A stretch of DNA of 64,000 nucleotides, taken from a bacterium. Its GTDB lineage: Bacteria; SZUA-182; DTGQ01; JAFGSM01. A program made the position numbers and the translations under genes. The notes under the pieces were generated by a model, which searched no databases, was not told where the DNA came from, and worked only from the letters and a program-made list of their open reading frames with translations. This document shows, piece after piece, positions 53,999 to 64,000 of this stretch. The stretch is taken from NCBI GenBank assembly GCA_049472315.1, contig JBLIRN010000009.1, positions 1-64,000 on the forward strand, given 5' to 3'. Positions within the stretch are counted from its first letter, which is position 1. The number at the start of each line of letters is the position of its first letter.

Positions 53999-55198
53999 TT
54001 ACAGGGTCAACAGGTGGCCCATCTTTTCCTTTTTGGTTTTAAGATAGTGGATATTGGTATGCGAGGGCGGAATCATGATGGGCACCCGTTCGACCACCTC
54101 CATGCCATACCCCTGCAGGCCGACAATCTTTTTCGGATTGTTGGTCAAAAGGCGGATCTTTTTCACCCCCAGGTCGGCGAGGATCTGCGCCCCGATTCCG
54201 TATTCGCGAAGATCGGCATCGAAACCCAGGGCCTCGTTGGCCTCCACCGTATCCTTTCCGTTGTCTTGAAGCTCGTACGCCATTAATTTGTGAAGTATGC
54301 CGATCCCCCGGCCCTCCTGGTTCATATAGAGTATCACGCCCTTGCCCGCATCGTTTACCATGGCCATGGCGCGATGGAGCTGATCGCCGCAGTCACACCG
54401 AAGGGACCCGAATGCATCCCCGGTCAGGCATGAGGAATGAACCCTTACCAGGATCGGTTCATCCTCGCCCCATTCCCCCCTCACCATGGCAACGTGCGTC
54501 TCCTGGTCAATCAGGCTTAGATAGGCGATTGCCTTGAATTCACCGTGTTTTGTGGGCAAACAGAAGGCGGCCTTCCGGCAGACCATCTTTTCCGTTTTCA
54601 TCCGGTATTCGATGAGATCCTTGATGGTGATGATCTTCATGCCATGGGTCCTGGCAAAGGGGATCAGATCCGGGACCCGGGCCATGGTACCGTCGTCCTT
54701 CATGATTTCACAGATGACACCTGCGGGGTACAGGCCTGCCATTCTGGCCAGATCAACGGCAGCCTCGGTCTGCCCGGCCCGGTTGAGCACCCCCCCTTTT
54801 TTTGCGCGCAGGGGGAAAACGTGCCCGGGTTTGGCAAGATCAAGGGGCCGTGTTTCCAGATCGATGGCCACGAGTATGGTCTGTGCCCTGTCTGCGGCGG
54901 AGATACCGGTGGTGGTTCCCTTCACCGCGTCTATGGACACGGTGAACGCGGTTTCGAAGCGGGAGGTATTCTCCTGCACCATGAGGGGGAGCTGAAGCTC
55001 ATCCAGCCGGTCTCCTTCCATGGGGAGACAGATAAGTCCCTTTCCGTGTTTTGCCATGAAGTTTATTGCGTCGGGGGTCACCTTGCTTGCGGCTATGGTG
55101 AGATCCCCCTCGTTTTCCCTGTCCTCGTCGTCGACCACGATGACCATCTCGCCGTTTCCAATTGCATCAATGGCTTCTGGAATGCTGTTAAATTTCAC
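53999..55198 (-). CDS. ribBA: Bifunctional DHBP synthase / GTP cyclohydrolase II
   Basis: DDEDRENEGD, TTGISAADRA, RVHSSCLTGD, RCDCG, QEGRGIG, LLTNNP. Confidence 0.96.
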   Translation of the reverse strand: MKFNSIPEAIDAIGNGEMVIVVDDEDRENEGDLTIAASKVTPDAINFMAKHGKGLICLPMEGDRLDELQLPLMVQENTSRFETAFTVSIDAVKGTTTGISAADRAQTILVAIDLETRPLDLAKPGHVFPLRAKKGGVLNRAGQTEAAVDLARMAGLYPAGVICEIMKDDGTMARVPDLIPFARTHGMKIITIKDLIEYRMKTEKMVCRKAAFCLPTKHGEFKAIAYLSLIDQETHVAMVRGEWGEDEPILVRVHSSCLTGDAFGSLRCDCGDQLHRAMAMVNDAGKGVILYMNQEGRGIGILHKLMAYELQDNGKDTVEANEALGFDADLREYGIGAQILADLGVKKIRLLTNNPKKIVGLQGYGMEVVERVPIMIPPSHTNIHYLKTKKEKMGHLLTL

Positions 55199-55859
55199 CT
55201 CTGTAATCCTCTACTATAAAACCGGAAAGAAAAAGTTTTTCCCGGGACAGGGCGCCTTTTTCGGCGCCTCCCGGATCGCCTTCTTTATGACGGAGCAGGC
55301 GTTCCACATGCTTTGCGATGATATCCGCCTCCACATTCATGCGGTCTCCCGGATGCCGGGCCTTGAGCGTGGTATGCTCCCAGGTATGGGGTATTATGGT
55401 TACCCGGAAGGAATTTCCCTCCACCGAGGCAACGGTAAGACTGATGCCGTCGAGCGCTATGGACCCCTTGGGAACCACGTAAGCCGCCAATTCCCGAGGC
55501 AGGGACAGGCGCAGATCCCGACCGTGGATCTCTTGGATAATGACCGTGGCATCCACATGCCCGGTCACCAGATGTCCCCCCAGATACTGGTTGAACCGAA
55601 GCGGCCGCTCCATGTTGACACTATCCCCGCATCGTACGCTGCCCAGATTGGTGCCTGCAAGGGTGGTCCGGCTAAGGAAGAAATCACCCCTTGTGCCGTC
55701 GCCGCCGGTCATGGTAAGACATACCCCATTTATTGCCAGGCTTTGCCCGACGGTCAGACCGTCTTCAGGAAAGGGCAGCATGACCGAGAGGTATGCCCCG
55801 TCATGGCGGGGAACCAGGGATTGCACCCTGCCGAGGCCCTCTATTATTCCGGTAAACAT
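55188..55859 (-). CDS. ribE: Riboflavin synthase (alpha chain)
   Basis: MFTGII, NGVCLT, GGHLVTGHVD, KGSIALDGISLT. Confidence 0.95.
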   Translation of the reverse strand: MFTGIIEGLGRVQSLVPRHDGAYLSVMLPFPEDGLTVGQSLAINGVCLTMTGGDGTRGDFFLSRTTLAGTNLGSVRCGDSVNMERPLRFNQYLGGHLVTGHVDATVIIQEIHGRDLRLSLPRELAAYVVPKGSIALDGISLTVASVEGNSFRVTIIPHTWEHTTLKARHPGDRMNVEADIIAKHVERLLRHKEGDPGGAEKGALSREKLFLSGFIVEDYRGEI

Positions 55860-55890
55860 ATTTCACTCCATTATCTATATTATAGCCTTT

Positions 55891-57048
55891 TTATTTAATC
55901 TTACAACCAAGGGGGGACCAGACGCAGGATGGGGGTTTTGGGATGTACCCCTCGACCATAAGGTCATCCCCGAGCCTCTTGGTCTTTATGTCGTAAACCT
56001 TTATTGCCTCTTCCAGCCGGGCGACACCCTCACCCTGTATGGCGCTGGGTGCGGACTTGCCTCCGATGATACGCGGCGCGATGAACATGATCACCTTATC
56101 CACGATTCCCTCCTGGATGGCAGAGGCATTGATTCCGGGTCCCCCCTCTATGAGAAGTGAGGTAATCTGGAGATTACCCAACTCCTTTGCCATTGCAAGC
56201 AGATCCACACGGTTGCGCCCCTTTGGCTCGATATACAGCACCCGTGCCCCGTTATCCTCCAACCGCTTGATTCGATCCATGGGGGCGTTGAGCGTGGTGA
56301 CGATGATATTGGCCGCCTTCGATTCCTCGGTAAGGATACGTGCCCGGAGAGGGATCCTCAGGAGGCTGTCGATAACGATGCGAATCGGATCTCTTCCCTC
56401 ACCCGATTTGAGCCGTGTGGTGAGCCTGGGGTTGTCCCGGAGGATGGTTTCGATGCCTACCAACGTGGCATCGATCTCATTGCGCAGTTTGTGCACGTAT
56501 TCACGTGAACGTTCCCCTGTAACCCATTTCGATTCGCCGGTTTTTGTCGCCACCTTCCCGTCGAGACTCATCGCGGACTTGAGGATAATAAACGGTGTGC
56601 CGGTGGTGATATGTTTGAGGAAATACTCGTTTAATCGAAGGGCTGACTTCTCCATCACCCCCATTTTCACCTCGATCCCGTTGCCCTTGAGGGCCTCGAT
56701 GCTCTTTCCATTCACCAGGGGATTCGGGTCCCTTATGGAGACCACCACCCTGGAGATGCCGGACTGAATGATCTGGTCGACACAGGGGGGGGTCTTGCCA
56801 TGATGGCAGCACGGCTCGAGATTTATAAACAGGGTCGCGCCCCTGGCCTCCGATCCCGCCTCCTGGAGGGCCTTTGTTTCCGCATGCTCATCCCCGTAGA
56901 GGGCATGATATCCCGTTCCCACGACCCGGTCTCCGTTGACGATAACCGCCCCCACCAGGGGGTTGGGGCTTACCCTTCCCTTCCCCTTCTCCGCAAGATC
57001 AAGGGCCATCCTCATGTAGCGCTGTTCATCCTTAATCGCCACGTTCAT
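55891..57048 (-). CDS. ribD: Bifunctional pyrimidine deaminase/reductase RibD
   Basis: PNPLVG, HAE, LEPCCHHGKTPPC, AMSLDGK, IEGG. Confidence 0.95.
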   Translation of the reverse strand: MNVAIKDEQRYMRMALDLAEKGKGRVSPNPLVGAVIVNGDRVVGTGYHALYGDEHAETKALQEAGSEARGATLFINLEPCCHHGKTPPCVDQIIQSGISRVVVSIRDPNPLVNGKSIEALKGNGIEVKMGVMEKSALRLNEYFLKHITTGTPFIILKSAMSLDGKVATKTGESKWVTGERSREYVHKLRNEIDATLVGIETILRDNPRLTTRLKSGEGRDPIRIVIDSLLRIPLRARILTEESKAANIIVTTLNAPMDRIKRLEDNGARVLYIEPKGRNRVDLLAMAKELGNLQITSLLIEGGPGINASAIQEGIVDKVIMFIAPRIIGGKSAPSAIQGEGVARLEEAIKVYDIKTKRLGDDLMVEGYIPKPPSCVWSPLGCKIK

Positions 57049-57985
57049 CACCTGCTTCTTTGAAAAGGGCATCAATAAAAACGGAGGGATCAAATTCCCT
57101 GAGGTCCTCTATCCCCTCCCCGATACCAATAAATTTCACCGGGATATCCAGTTCGTTGGCAATACCGATAATGATTCCTCCCTTGGCGGTTCCGTCGAGT
57201 TTTGCAAGGGCAATGCCGGTGAGCCCGATTCTCTGATGAAACTCTCGGGCCTGCTGTATGGCATTTTGGCCGGTGGTGGCGTCCAGAACCAGGATGACCT
57301 CGTGAGGGGCACCGGGGACTTCCCGTTCGATCACCCTCTTCATCTTTTCCAACTCGGCCATGAGGTTTTTCTTGGTGTGCAGACGACCTGCGGTATCAAC
57401 GATCACACAGTCGATTCCCCGTGCCTGCGCGGCGCGAATGCCGTCGAACACCACCGCGGAAGGGTCCGCACCAAATTTGTGCCGCACCATCTGCGTATCG
57501 ATCCTCTCCGCCCAGATCTGGAGTTGTTCAATTGCTGCGGCGCGGAAGGTATCACCGGCGATCAGGAGGACCTGCCGCCCCTGTTGCCGGAGATGGTAGG
57601 CAATCTTTGCAATGGTTGTGGTTTTGCCCACGCCGTTTACCCCCAACACCATCATGACAAACGGCTTGTGACCATCAGAGGCAAGGGGTGCCTGCGCCCT
57701 TTGGAGCATCTCGAAAATGATGGACTTCAGGATGTCGAGGGGAGGCGTCTGGTTGCGATGCTCGTATCGCTCCTTAAGACGCTCAATGATCAGGGCGCTT
57801 GTCTGGATGCCGCAGTCCGCCAGAATCAGGGCCTCTTCGATCTTCTCGATGAGGTCTGTGTCCAGACGCGTCCGGTTTTTCAGAAGGCCCTCAAGTCGTC
57901 GAACAAGGGTAGTATGGGTCTTATTGAGTCCGGCGCTCAGCCTTTTGAACCAGGCGGGTCGTTTCGTGGCCCTGTCATCACCCAT
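57032..57985 (-). CDS. ftsY: SRP receptor FtsY (no acidic A domain)
   Basis: GVNGVGKTTT, DTFRAAA, DTAGRLH, DATTGQN, KLDGTAKGG. Confidence 0.96.
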   Translation of the reverse strand: MGDDRATKRPAWFKRLSAGLNKTHTTLVRRLEGLLKNRTRLDTDLIEKIEEALILADCGIQTSALIIERLKERYEHRNQTPPLDILKSIIFEMLQRAQAPLASDGHKPFVMMVLGVNGVGKTTTIAKIAYHLRQQGRQVLLIAGDTFRAAAIEQLQIWAERIDTQMVRHKFGADPSAVVFDGIRAAQARGIDCVIVDTAGRLHTKKNLMAELEKMKRVIEREVPGAPHEVILVLDATTGQNAIQQAREFHQRIGLTGIALAKLDGTAKGGIIIGIANELDIPVKFIGIGEGIEDLREFDPSVFIDALFKEAGDERGD

Positions 57986-58068
57986 CCAAGTCGCTCCATT
58001 TCATGGATCCGAATATCCATTGTGCATCGTGTTTCATATTCCGCAGGAGTCCATCCGTATGTGAGGGG

Positions 58069-58911
58069 TTACCGAGCACCCTTGAGGTACGTAGCCGAAT
58101 CCTTGGCCAGTTTGCTGCCGGGCGCCCTATCCATAACCGAGCGGAATGCATCCCTGGCGGAAGAGGTGTCGCCGAGTCCCAAATAGGATTGGCCCAGGTA
58201 GTAGTCAATTTCAGCCTGAAGAAGGATGTCGCCCGAGGACGAGACCATCTCCAGGTGCTGTGCCTCACGGAGGCTGAGAATGGCGTCGGAGTACTCCCCC
58301 CTCATGATCAGGGCCTTTCCCAATTGCACGTGGGCATAGCTGTAATCGGGATTTTCATCGGTTGCCCTACGCAGGCATTCGATCGCCTTGTCCACCTTTC
58401 CGAGGTTGAGATACGCACAACCCATATTGTAGTAGGCGAATCCAGGTGTGGAATACGAGGGCATATCCAGGGCCACCTGACAATATTCGATAACATCCTT
58501 CCATCGTGCCATCTTTCCCAGGGTGGCGGCCATATTGTTGTAATACTCCGGCACCCTGGGATTCAGCTCGATGGCCCTTTGATATGCGAGAAAGGCTTGC
58601 TCGAACTTACCCTGAAAGTAGAGGGTCAGGCCCAATCCGAAATGGGCCTTATCATTGTCGGGGAGAATCTCCCGAGCCTTGCCGAATTCATCGTATGCCT
58701 GGGCGAGATCACCCTGTTCCAGATAGACCAGGCCATACTCAAAGTGCTGGCCGGATTGTTTGATGAGCTTATCCCGGGAGGCGCACCCCACAAACGCAGC
58801 AGTCACCGACACCATAAGGAGAAGGAAAAGGGGTATTCTGCCGATGGTCCCGGTCTCCAAAGTATGTAGTGCCAATGCCTCGCCCCTCTGAATGGTTGTC
58901 TTACCCTTCAT
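58069..58911 (-). CDS. TPR lipoprotein, PilF/PilW/Tgl pilotin-like (start uncertain)
   Basis: Lipobox FVGC, multiple TPRs, 'ALDMPSYSTPGFAYYNMG' typical of pilotin-like TPRs. Confidence 0.65.
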   Translation of the reverse strand: MKGKTTIQRGEALALHTLETGTIGRIPLFLLLMVSVTAAFVGCASRDKLIKQSGQHFEYGLVYLEQGDLAQAYDEFGKAREILPDNDKAHFGLGLTLYFQGKFEQAFLAYQRAIELNPRVPEYYNNMAATLGKMARWKDVIEYCQVALDMPSYSTPGFAYYNMGCAYLNLGKVDKAIECLRRATDENPDYSYAHVQLGKALIMRGEYSDAILSLREAQHLEMVSSSGDILLQAEIDYYLGQSYLGLGDTSSARDAFRSVMDRAPGSKLAKDSATYLKGAR

Positions 58912-61741
58912 TGCCGGAAAGGGCTTCCAGTCGTTTCAAAACCGCCTCCAGCTCGGACAGTGTGTTTCCGTAACCGGTCCAATCCCCGTCCCTTTGTTTT
59001 TGAATGGCCGCTTCATAGAGATCCCTGGCTTGTCTGATAAGCCCCGACAGGGATTCATCCCGGGGAGTTGTTCGCAGTTCCCGTGGCTTCTCCTCAAGGG
59101 GTATCGCCTGGAAGGTTCCCCTTGGTTCCTCTTTCAGAAATACGGCCCTCAATGCCTCATCGAGCGTCTCCCTCATTTTCACGGTATCACCGAAGACGAT
59201 AATGACCCTCTTGAGCTCCGGCAGCTCATCCTGGCTGGCCATAAGGAACACCGGCTCAATATAGAGAATCGATTCCTCGATGGGGATGACCAGGAGCTCT
59301 CCCCTGAACACCTCGGATCCGCGCTGGCTCCATAGGGTCAGTTCACTGGATATCTCCGTTTGCTGGTCGATCCGTGATTCTATCTGACGGGGCCCGTATA
59401 TCAATTTTTCCTTGGGGAATTTATAGATGAGGAGCCTCCCATATTCATCCCCGTCGCACCGCCCGCACATCCAGGCAATCATATTGTTCTTTTTTTCACC
59501 AAAGGGGGTGAAGGGGAGCATGAGGAGAAACTCCTCGCGATCGGACTCCTTCAGCTTGAGGGTAACATAGTATGGTTCCATCGGCTTGTAGTACTGCGAG
59601 TTTTCCCCCTGCCCCTCCACCTTCAAGGGCGGTTCCCAGAGGTCCTCCTTGTTGTAAAAGACCTGGGGGTCCTGCATGTGGTAGGTCGCATACATGGATG
59701 ATTGTATCGCAAAGATATCCCTGGGGTAGCGGATGTGGTTTCTGAGAGATGACGGCATGTCCTCCAATTCCTTGAACAGGCCGGGGAAGATATTGCCGTA
59801 GGTCCGGATGATGGGATCCTCGGGATCGCTTACATAGAGGTCCATCCTGCCCGTATATGCGTTGATGATGACCTTCACTGAGTTTCGGATGTAATTGAGG
59901 CTGACACCGCCCAACCGTGACCGGGCCCTGAAGGCGCTGAACGGTGACATGGGGTTTCCCGATCGTTCCATATCCATGGCAAGGCGATAGGGTTCCGAAT
60001 AGGGAAACTTATCGGTTACGGTGTAGGCATCCTGAATCCAGAAGAGCTTCCCGTCGGCCAGGACCAGATAGGGATCACTGTCGAAAAGGAGGAAGGGGGC
60101 CAGGGTGCGCACCCGTTCGCGGATATGGCGATGAAACATGATGCGGCTTTCCGGCGTTGTGTACCCGGTGAGCAGTATCTTCGGATCGGAAAAGCGGAAG
60201 GCAAAAAGCGTCTTCGCCCACAGAGACCCGATAGGCACGCCCCCTTCGCCGGCGTAATTCGTGTAGACGTTTTTGTCTCCCTTGGGATAATCAAATTCCT
60301 CGCTTTTGCTGTTAACAATGACATAGTTGAAGGTGCTTTCCCCGTAATAGACCTCGGGTCGTTTAATTGTGAGGTCGGCTTGGGTTACGGGGGGGATGTC
60401 CTTGATCATGAGGAGTGGAAGCCCCTTCTCGGTGACATGAGTGACCGGGCTCATGCAGATGCCGTACCCGTGGGTATATTTGAATCGCTGGTTTTCAAAG
60501 GTCTTGGCCTCGCCCGGAAGCATCTCCTGCACCATCTCCCGCGCGGAAAGCATCACCTGGGTATATTCCCGATTGATCGTATACCGGTCCTCATCGATAC
60601 TGGTAAATTTATAGTAGGGCCTCAATTCCTGCATCTGTGCATAGGTCTGCTTGAGGGGGCTTTTATCCCACAGCTTTATATTGTTAATGGTAGTGGAATT
60701 CGCGCGGATGTCCTCCATGGTGAGGTCCCACGAGGCAACGAAGTCCCGTTCCTCCAGCTTGTTGAGCTTATACCCCATGAGGGTGTGTTTGATATTGTTC
60801 ATGATGTAGGGGGTTTCCTTGTTCAGTTCATTGGGCTCCACCACAAATTTCTGAATGATGGCGGGGTAGAATCCGCTTATGATAATGGAAACAACGAGCA
60901 TGATCCCGACGCCTATCACCGGAACCTTCCACCCCTTTGAGGAGATGTTGATCCAAAAGAGAATGGCGCACGCCGCGGCAATGACCAGCACGGCCCAGTA
61001 TGCCACCATCTGGGCATGCATGTCCGTGTAGCTCGCACCGAACGCCGCCCCCCTCGGCGAGTAGAGCAGACCGAACATCTTTAATCGTTTGTCCCACGCG
61101 ATCAGTATGAGAATGACGGCACAAAGGCTGGACAGGTGGGCCTTTGCGCGCCGATCGAAACGGAAATCACCCAGTTTCAAATGGATGGCCCGGTCCTTTA
61201 CATAGGTGAATCCGCTCACCAGCAATAGAATGATGGCGGAGTAAAAGAGCCAGTGTTGGAGGAGCACCAGGACGGGGTAGGAGAATACAAAGAAGCCGAT
61301 ATCCTTGCCGAAGATCGGATCCATCTGTCCGAAGGGAACCTGGTGGATGAATTTGAGGATTGTATCCCAGTGGTTAAAGGCCGGCCATATTCCCATGGCG
61401 ATGGCCAACAGTGCACCGACCGCGATGATGAGCAGGTTCACCTGCTTGGGTTCCAATTCCATGATGTGAACCACATCCTGCCTGCGGATGGGGATCTTCC
61501 AGTTGATCCTGTTTGGTCGTATGAAACGGGCGATAGCAAGATTTATCAGGAAGAGAATCAGAAAGGCGGCGGCAAAGATGATCGCGATAAAGAACTTTGC
61601 CCCGAGGATAGTCCAGAATACGCCGGCGTACTGGATCGCCTTAAACCAGAGGAGATCCGTATAGATCGTAAAGAATTGTCCTGAAAAGACAAAGATGAGA
61701 AATGCAAGGATCAAAACAATGAAGAGCTTGTTCCGTTTCAT
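58901..61741 (-). CDS. UPF0182 family membrane protein
   Basis: YTDLLWF, DPIFGKDIGFFVF, YTDMH, YTHGYG, NYIRNSVK, FYNKEDLW, IYGPRQI. Confidence 0.92.
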   Translation of the reverse strand: MKRNKLFIVLILAFLIFVFSGQFFTIYTDLLWFKAIQYAGVFWTILGAKFFIAIIFAAAFLILFLINLAIARFIRPNRINWKIPIRRQDVVHIMELEPKQVNLLIIAVGALLAIAMGIWPAFNHWDTILKFIHQVPFGQMDPIFGKDIGFFVFSYPVLVLLQHWLFYSAIILLLVSGFTYVKDRAIHLKLGDFRFDRRAKAHLSSLCAVILILIAWDKRLKMFGLLYSPRGAAFGASYTDMHAQMVAYWAVLVIAAACAILFWINISSKGWKVPVIGVGIMLVVSIIISGFYPAIIQKFVVEPNELNKETPYIMNNIKHTLMGYKLNKLEERDFVASWDLTMEDIRANSTTINNIKLWDKSPLKQTYAQMQELRPYYKFTSIDEDRYTINREYTQVMLSAREMVQEMLPGEAKTFENQRFKYTHGYGICMSPVTHVTEKGLPLLMIKDIPPVTQADLTIKRPEVYYGESTFNYVIVNSKSEEFDYPKGDKNVYTNYAGEGGVPIGSLWAKTLFAFRFSDPKILLTGYTTPESRIMFHRHIRERVRTLAPFLLFDSDPYLVLADGKLFWIQDAYTVTDKFPYSEPYRLAMDMERSGNPMSPFSAFRARSRLGGVSLNYIRNSVKVIINAYTGRMDLYVSDPEDPIIRTYGNIFPGLFKELEDMPSSLRNHIRYPRDIFAIQSSMYATYHMQDPQVFYNKEDLWEPPLKVEGQGENSQYYKPMEPYYVTLKLKESDREEFLLMLPFTPFGEKKNNMIAWMCGRCDGDEYGRLLIYKFPKEKLIYGPRQIESRIDQQTEISSELTLWSQRGSEVFRGELLVIPIEESILYIEPVFLMASQDELPELKRVIIVFGDTVKMRETLDEALRAVFLKEEPRGTFQAIPLEEKPRELRTTPRDESLSGLIRQARDLYEAAIQKQRDGDWTGYGNTLSELEAVLKRLEALSGNEG

Positions 61742-62005
61742 ATATAACGTTCTCCTTCCAGTTTGTGTCCTGCAATAACACAAGATTGGATCAATATCAT
61801 TATGCGGTGAAGGGGAAAAGGGAAGCGAAATTCCCGGAATTACCCAGCGAAATCGTCACGATAGTATCATGTATGGGAAGCGTCTGTCAATAAAAGCGAT
61901 TGGAAAAATATGGAATAGTATACAGTATTACAAAGACATCACGCCGATGGCAGGGTCAATTGACGATCATGCCCCTGGACGGGGAGGCACCTCGTATGGG
62001 AGTTA

Positions 62006-62635
62006 CTACTGCGTCCCGCCGAGAGAGCTGCAAATTGCATTTGCGGGGCTGTTTTTTGAACGCTCCAGCATCTCCGTTCCCTTGTAGAGAAGCTCTTCGA
62101 TCATTCGAGCATCAGTGGGATAGGAGGCAATACCGATGCTCAATGCCTTTTCCTGGTTAGGATTGGCGGAATCGAAATTGGAGTAGGCCAGGATGATCTG
62201 TTCCTTCAGCCGCTCTGAAAGGCTGCTGGCCCCGTCCAGATTCGTCTCCGGGAGAATGAGCGCCAGGACCCCGGGCTTGAGCTGCGAGAGAATATCGGTG
62301 TCCCGCAGGTTGGCACGGATGAAATCGCCGAAACGGCGTAATTTTTCAGCTACGGATTCGAGGCCGCTCTTCTTGATCTCCTCGGTCAGAGAATCCACGC
62401 TGATGAGCACGATGGAGAGGAATTGGGTATACCGCTTTGCCCGCTTCATTTCCTCATCGAGCCTGATGTTAAGGTAGCGGTTATTGTAAAGGAGCGTCAC
62501 ATCATCGATGAAGATATTATTCTTGAGATCGGTGTTGACCCGGGTGAGTGATTTATAATCCTCCATCAAGGTGCGCAGCTTTTTCTTCAGTTTGGAATTC
62601 TCTTCAAAGAGTTTATCGTGTTGTTCCATATTCAT
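62006..62635 (-). CDS. Coiled coil plus degenerate GGDEF domain
   Basis: DDVTLLYNNRY, I-site RDTD retained, active-site motif replaced by KPGVL. Confidence 0.8.
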   Translation of the reverse strand: MNMEQHDKLFEENSKLKKKLRTLMEDYKSLTRVNTDLKNNIFIDDVTLLYNNRYLNIRLDEEMKRAKRYTQFLSIVLISVDSLTEEIKKSGLESVAEKLRRFGDFIRANLRDTDILSQLKPGVLALILPETNLDGASSLSERLKEQIILAYSNFDSANPNQEKALSIGIASYPTDARMIEELLYKGTEMLERSKNSPANAICSSLGGTQ

Positions 62636-62747
62636 GTCCCTTCCCCCCCCAGCTTACGTAGTAACCAATCATTCATTTTTTCGGGATTAAGTATAAAAAC
62701 AATTACATAAATAACAAAATCTTATATGATTTTTAATCCTTTAATTC

Positions 62748-62763
62748 TGCAATATCTATGCCA
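62748..62763 (-). promoter_or_regulatory. sigma54 (-24/-12) promoter
   Basis: TGGCATAGATATTGCA on minus strand, exact GG-N10-GC spacing, about 110 nt above the degenerate GGDEF gene. Confidence 0.75.
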
Positions 62764-63002
62764 TAAAAGCCTCGCCCTTCAAAAAAACGGGATGAAAATT
62801 AAAACATTTTGTTTTAAAAGTAAATATCGATGCGCCCTATTTGCTCTCAACACCGGCGAGCGCGCCCTGATTTTTTAAGATTGCCGGTTCGGCAAAATCA
62901 TCCTATGTATGGTGATGCACATATATGCATCCCATTTCATAACTTCCGGCTTCCATCTATGCAGGAAGCGGATGGCGACCAAACGGGTCCTCATGGATGA
63001 GT

Positions 63003-64000
63003 TCAGGGGCGTATGTCGTATTCCTTGATCTTGCTGAGCAGGGAGCGATAGCTTACCTGGAGCAGGTTTGCCGCCTGAATCCGGTTCCAGTTGGTCATGT
63101 TCAGCGCCCTCTTTATGTAGGCCTTTTCCGCCTTTTGTACCGCCTGCTTGCTGATTTCCTTGAGAGGGACGAATTTATCGTTCGCCTTATAGACAACCTT
63201 CCCCGCAACCACATCATGGGGGATGATACTGCAGACAATCTCTTCGTTGCCCAAGACGATGATCTTTTTTATCAGATTTTCCAACTCCCTGACATTACCG
63301 GGCCACTCATATTTCATGAACAGGGCCATGGTATTGGGAGAGAGTGGCTTGTATTCCTTGCCGTACAGGTTGGTATATTTCTCCATGAAGTATTCCACGA
63401 TGAGGGGAATGTCTTCCTTGTGCTCCCTGAGCGGGGGAAGGAATATGGCCACCTCATTCAGCCGGTAGAAGAGATCCTCACGGAAGCTCCCGTTTTTGAT
63501 TCCCTCTTCAAGATCCCGGTTGGTCGCGGCAATGATCCTCACATCAACCCTTACGGGATTCTTCCCTCCCAGACGGGTGAATTCCTTTTCTTCGAGCACC
63601 TGAAGCAATTTGGCCTGAAGGGAGGTGGGCATCTCGGCGATCTCATCCAGAAAGATGGTTCCTTCATGGGCGAATTCGAAACGCCCCGGTTTGGGCCTCT
63701 GCGCGCCGGTGAAGGCACCCCGTTCATATCCAAAGAGCTCCGATTCGAGCAGGTTTTCCGGGAGGGTTGCACAATTTACCTTGACAAAGGGCTTTTCCCG
63801 GCGATTGGACATACTGTGAATCGCCCTGGTTACCAGCTCTTTTCCGGTGCCGCTTTCTCCCCTGACCAGAACCGTCAATTCGGTGTCGGCAACCTGCTCG
63901 ATCATCTTTTTGACGTTTACAATCAGATTGCTGTCGCCGATGAAATCCTCATATTCGGATTTTGATTTGAGTTTTTTCTTCAGACTCTCAAACTGGGTTT
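63003..64000 (-). CDS. sigma54-dependent enhancer-binding protein (NtrC family), 5' partial
   Basis: [47 protein letters not shown], Fis-type HTH; frame open to the window edge. Confidence 0.93.
   Translation of the reverse strand, partial: TQFESLKKKLKSKSEYEDFIGDSNLIVNVKKMIEQVADTELTVLVRGESGTGKELVTRAIHSMSNRREKPFVKVNCATLPENLLESELFGYERGAFTGAQRPKPGRFEFAHEGTIFLDEIAEMPTSLQAKLLQVLEEKEFTRLGGKNPVRVDVRIIAATNRDLEEGIKNGSFREDLFYRLNEVAIFLPPLREHKEDIPLIVEYFMEKYTNLYGKEYKPLSPNTMALFMKYEWPGNVRELENLIKKIIVLGNEEIVCSIIPHDVVAGKVVYKANDKFVPLKEISKQAVQKAEKAYIKRALNMTNWNRIQAANLLQVSYRSLLSKIKEYDIRP

Noticed and set aside
56497..56512. TTCACGTGAA palindrome in ribD as a second parS
   Set aside because: Flanks do not match GTT...AAC at the right spacing, and it lies in coding sequence.
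55860..58068. FMN riboswitch for the rib genes
   Set aside because: ribD overlaps ftsY with no leader, and no RFN consensus was seen.

Overview
Chromosomal core window from a moderately GC-rich diderm bacterium; the gene content and order resemble Desulfobacterota/Nitrospirota-type genomes (inference). It spans the replication origin (parB-parA-mnmE-yidC-yidD-rnpA-rpmH <> dnaA-oriC-gyrB-gyrA). Other housekeeping content: mutS, trpS, ispH-rpsA-sppA, argS, serS with two tRNA-Ser genes, gmhA, tlyA, and ftsY-ribDE-ribBA-ribH-nusB. A type IV pilus/T2SS-like operon converges on a c-di-GMP cyclase/phosphodiesterase pair whose PDE carries a periplasmic CxxCH. The most unusual element is a stand-alone F1 cluster (atpH-atpA in one open frame, atpG, atpD, short atpC). 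It has its own promoter, no Fo or b subunits, and an internal RBS/ATG at the delta/alpha junction. Two small accessory patches (21.1-23.3 kb and 47.0-48.1 kb) hold toxin-antitoxin genes and short, unannotated gene remnants: DEAD/DEAH helicase, SNF2 helicase, DUF4258, YgiT zinc finger and CPA2 antiporter. The second patch also has a degenerate ~48-bp repeat array behind tRNA-Ser(UGA). dnaN, recF, mnmG, rsmG, jag and ihfB are absent from their usual positions. All family assignments come from motif recognition only; no searches were run.
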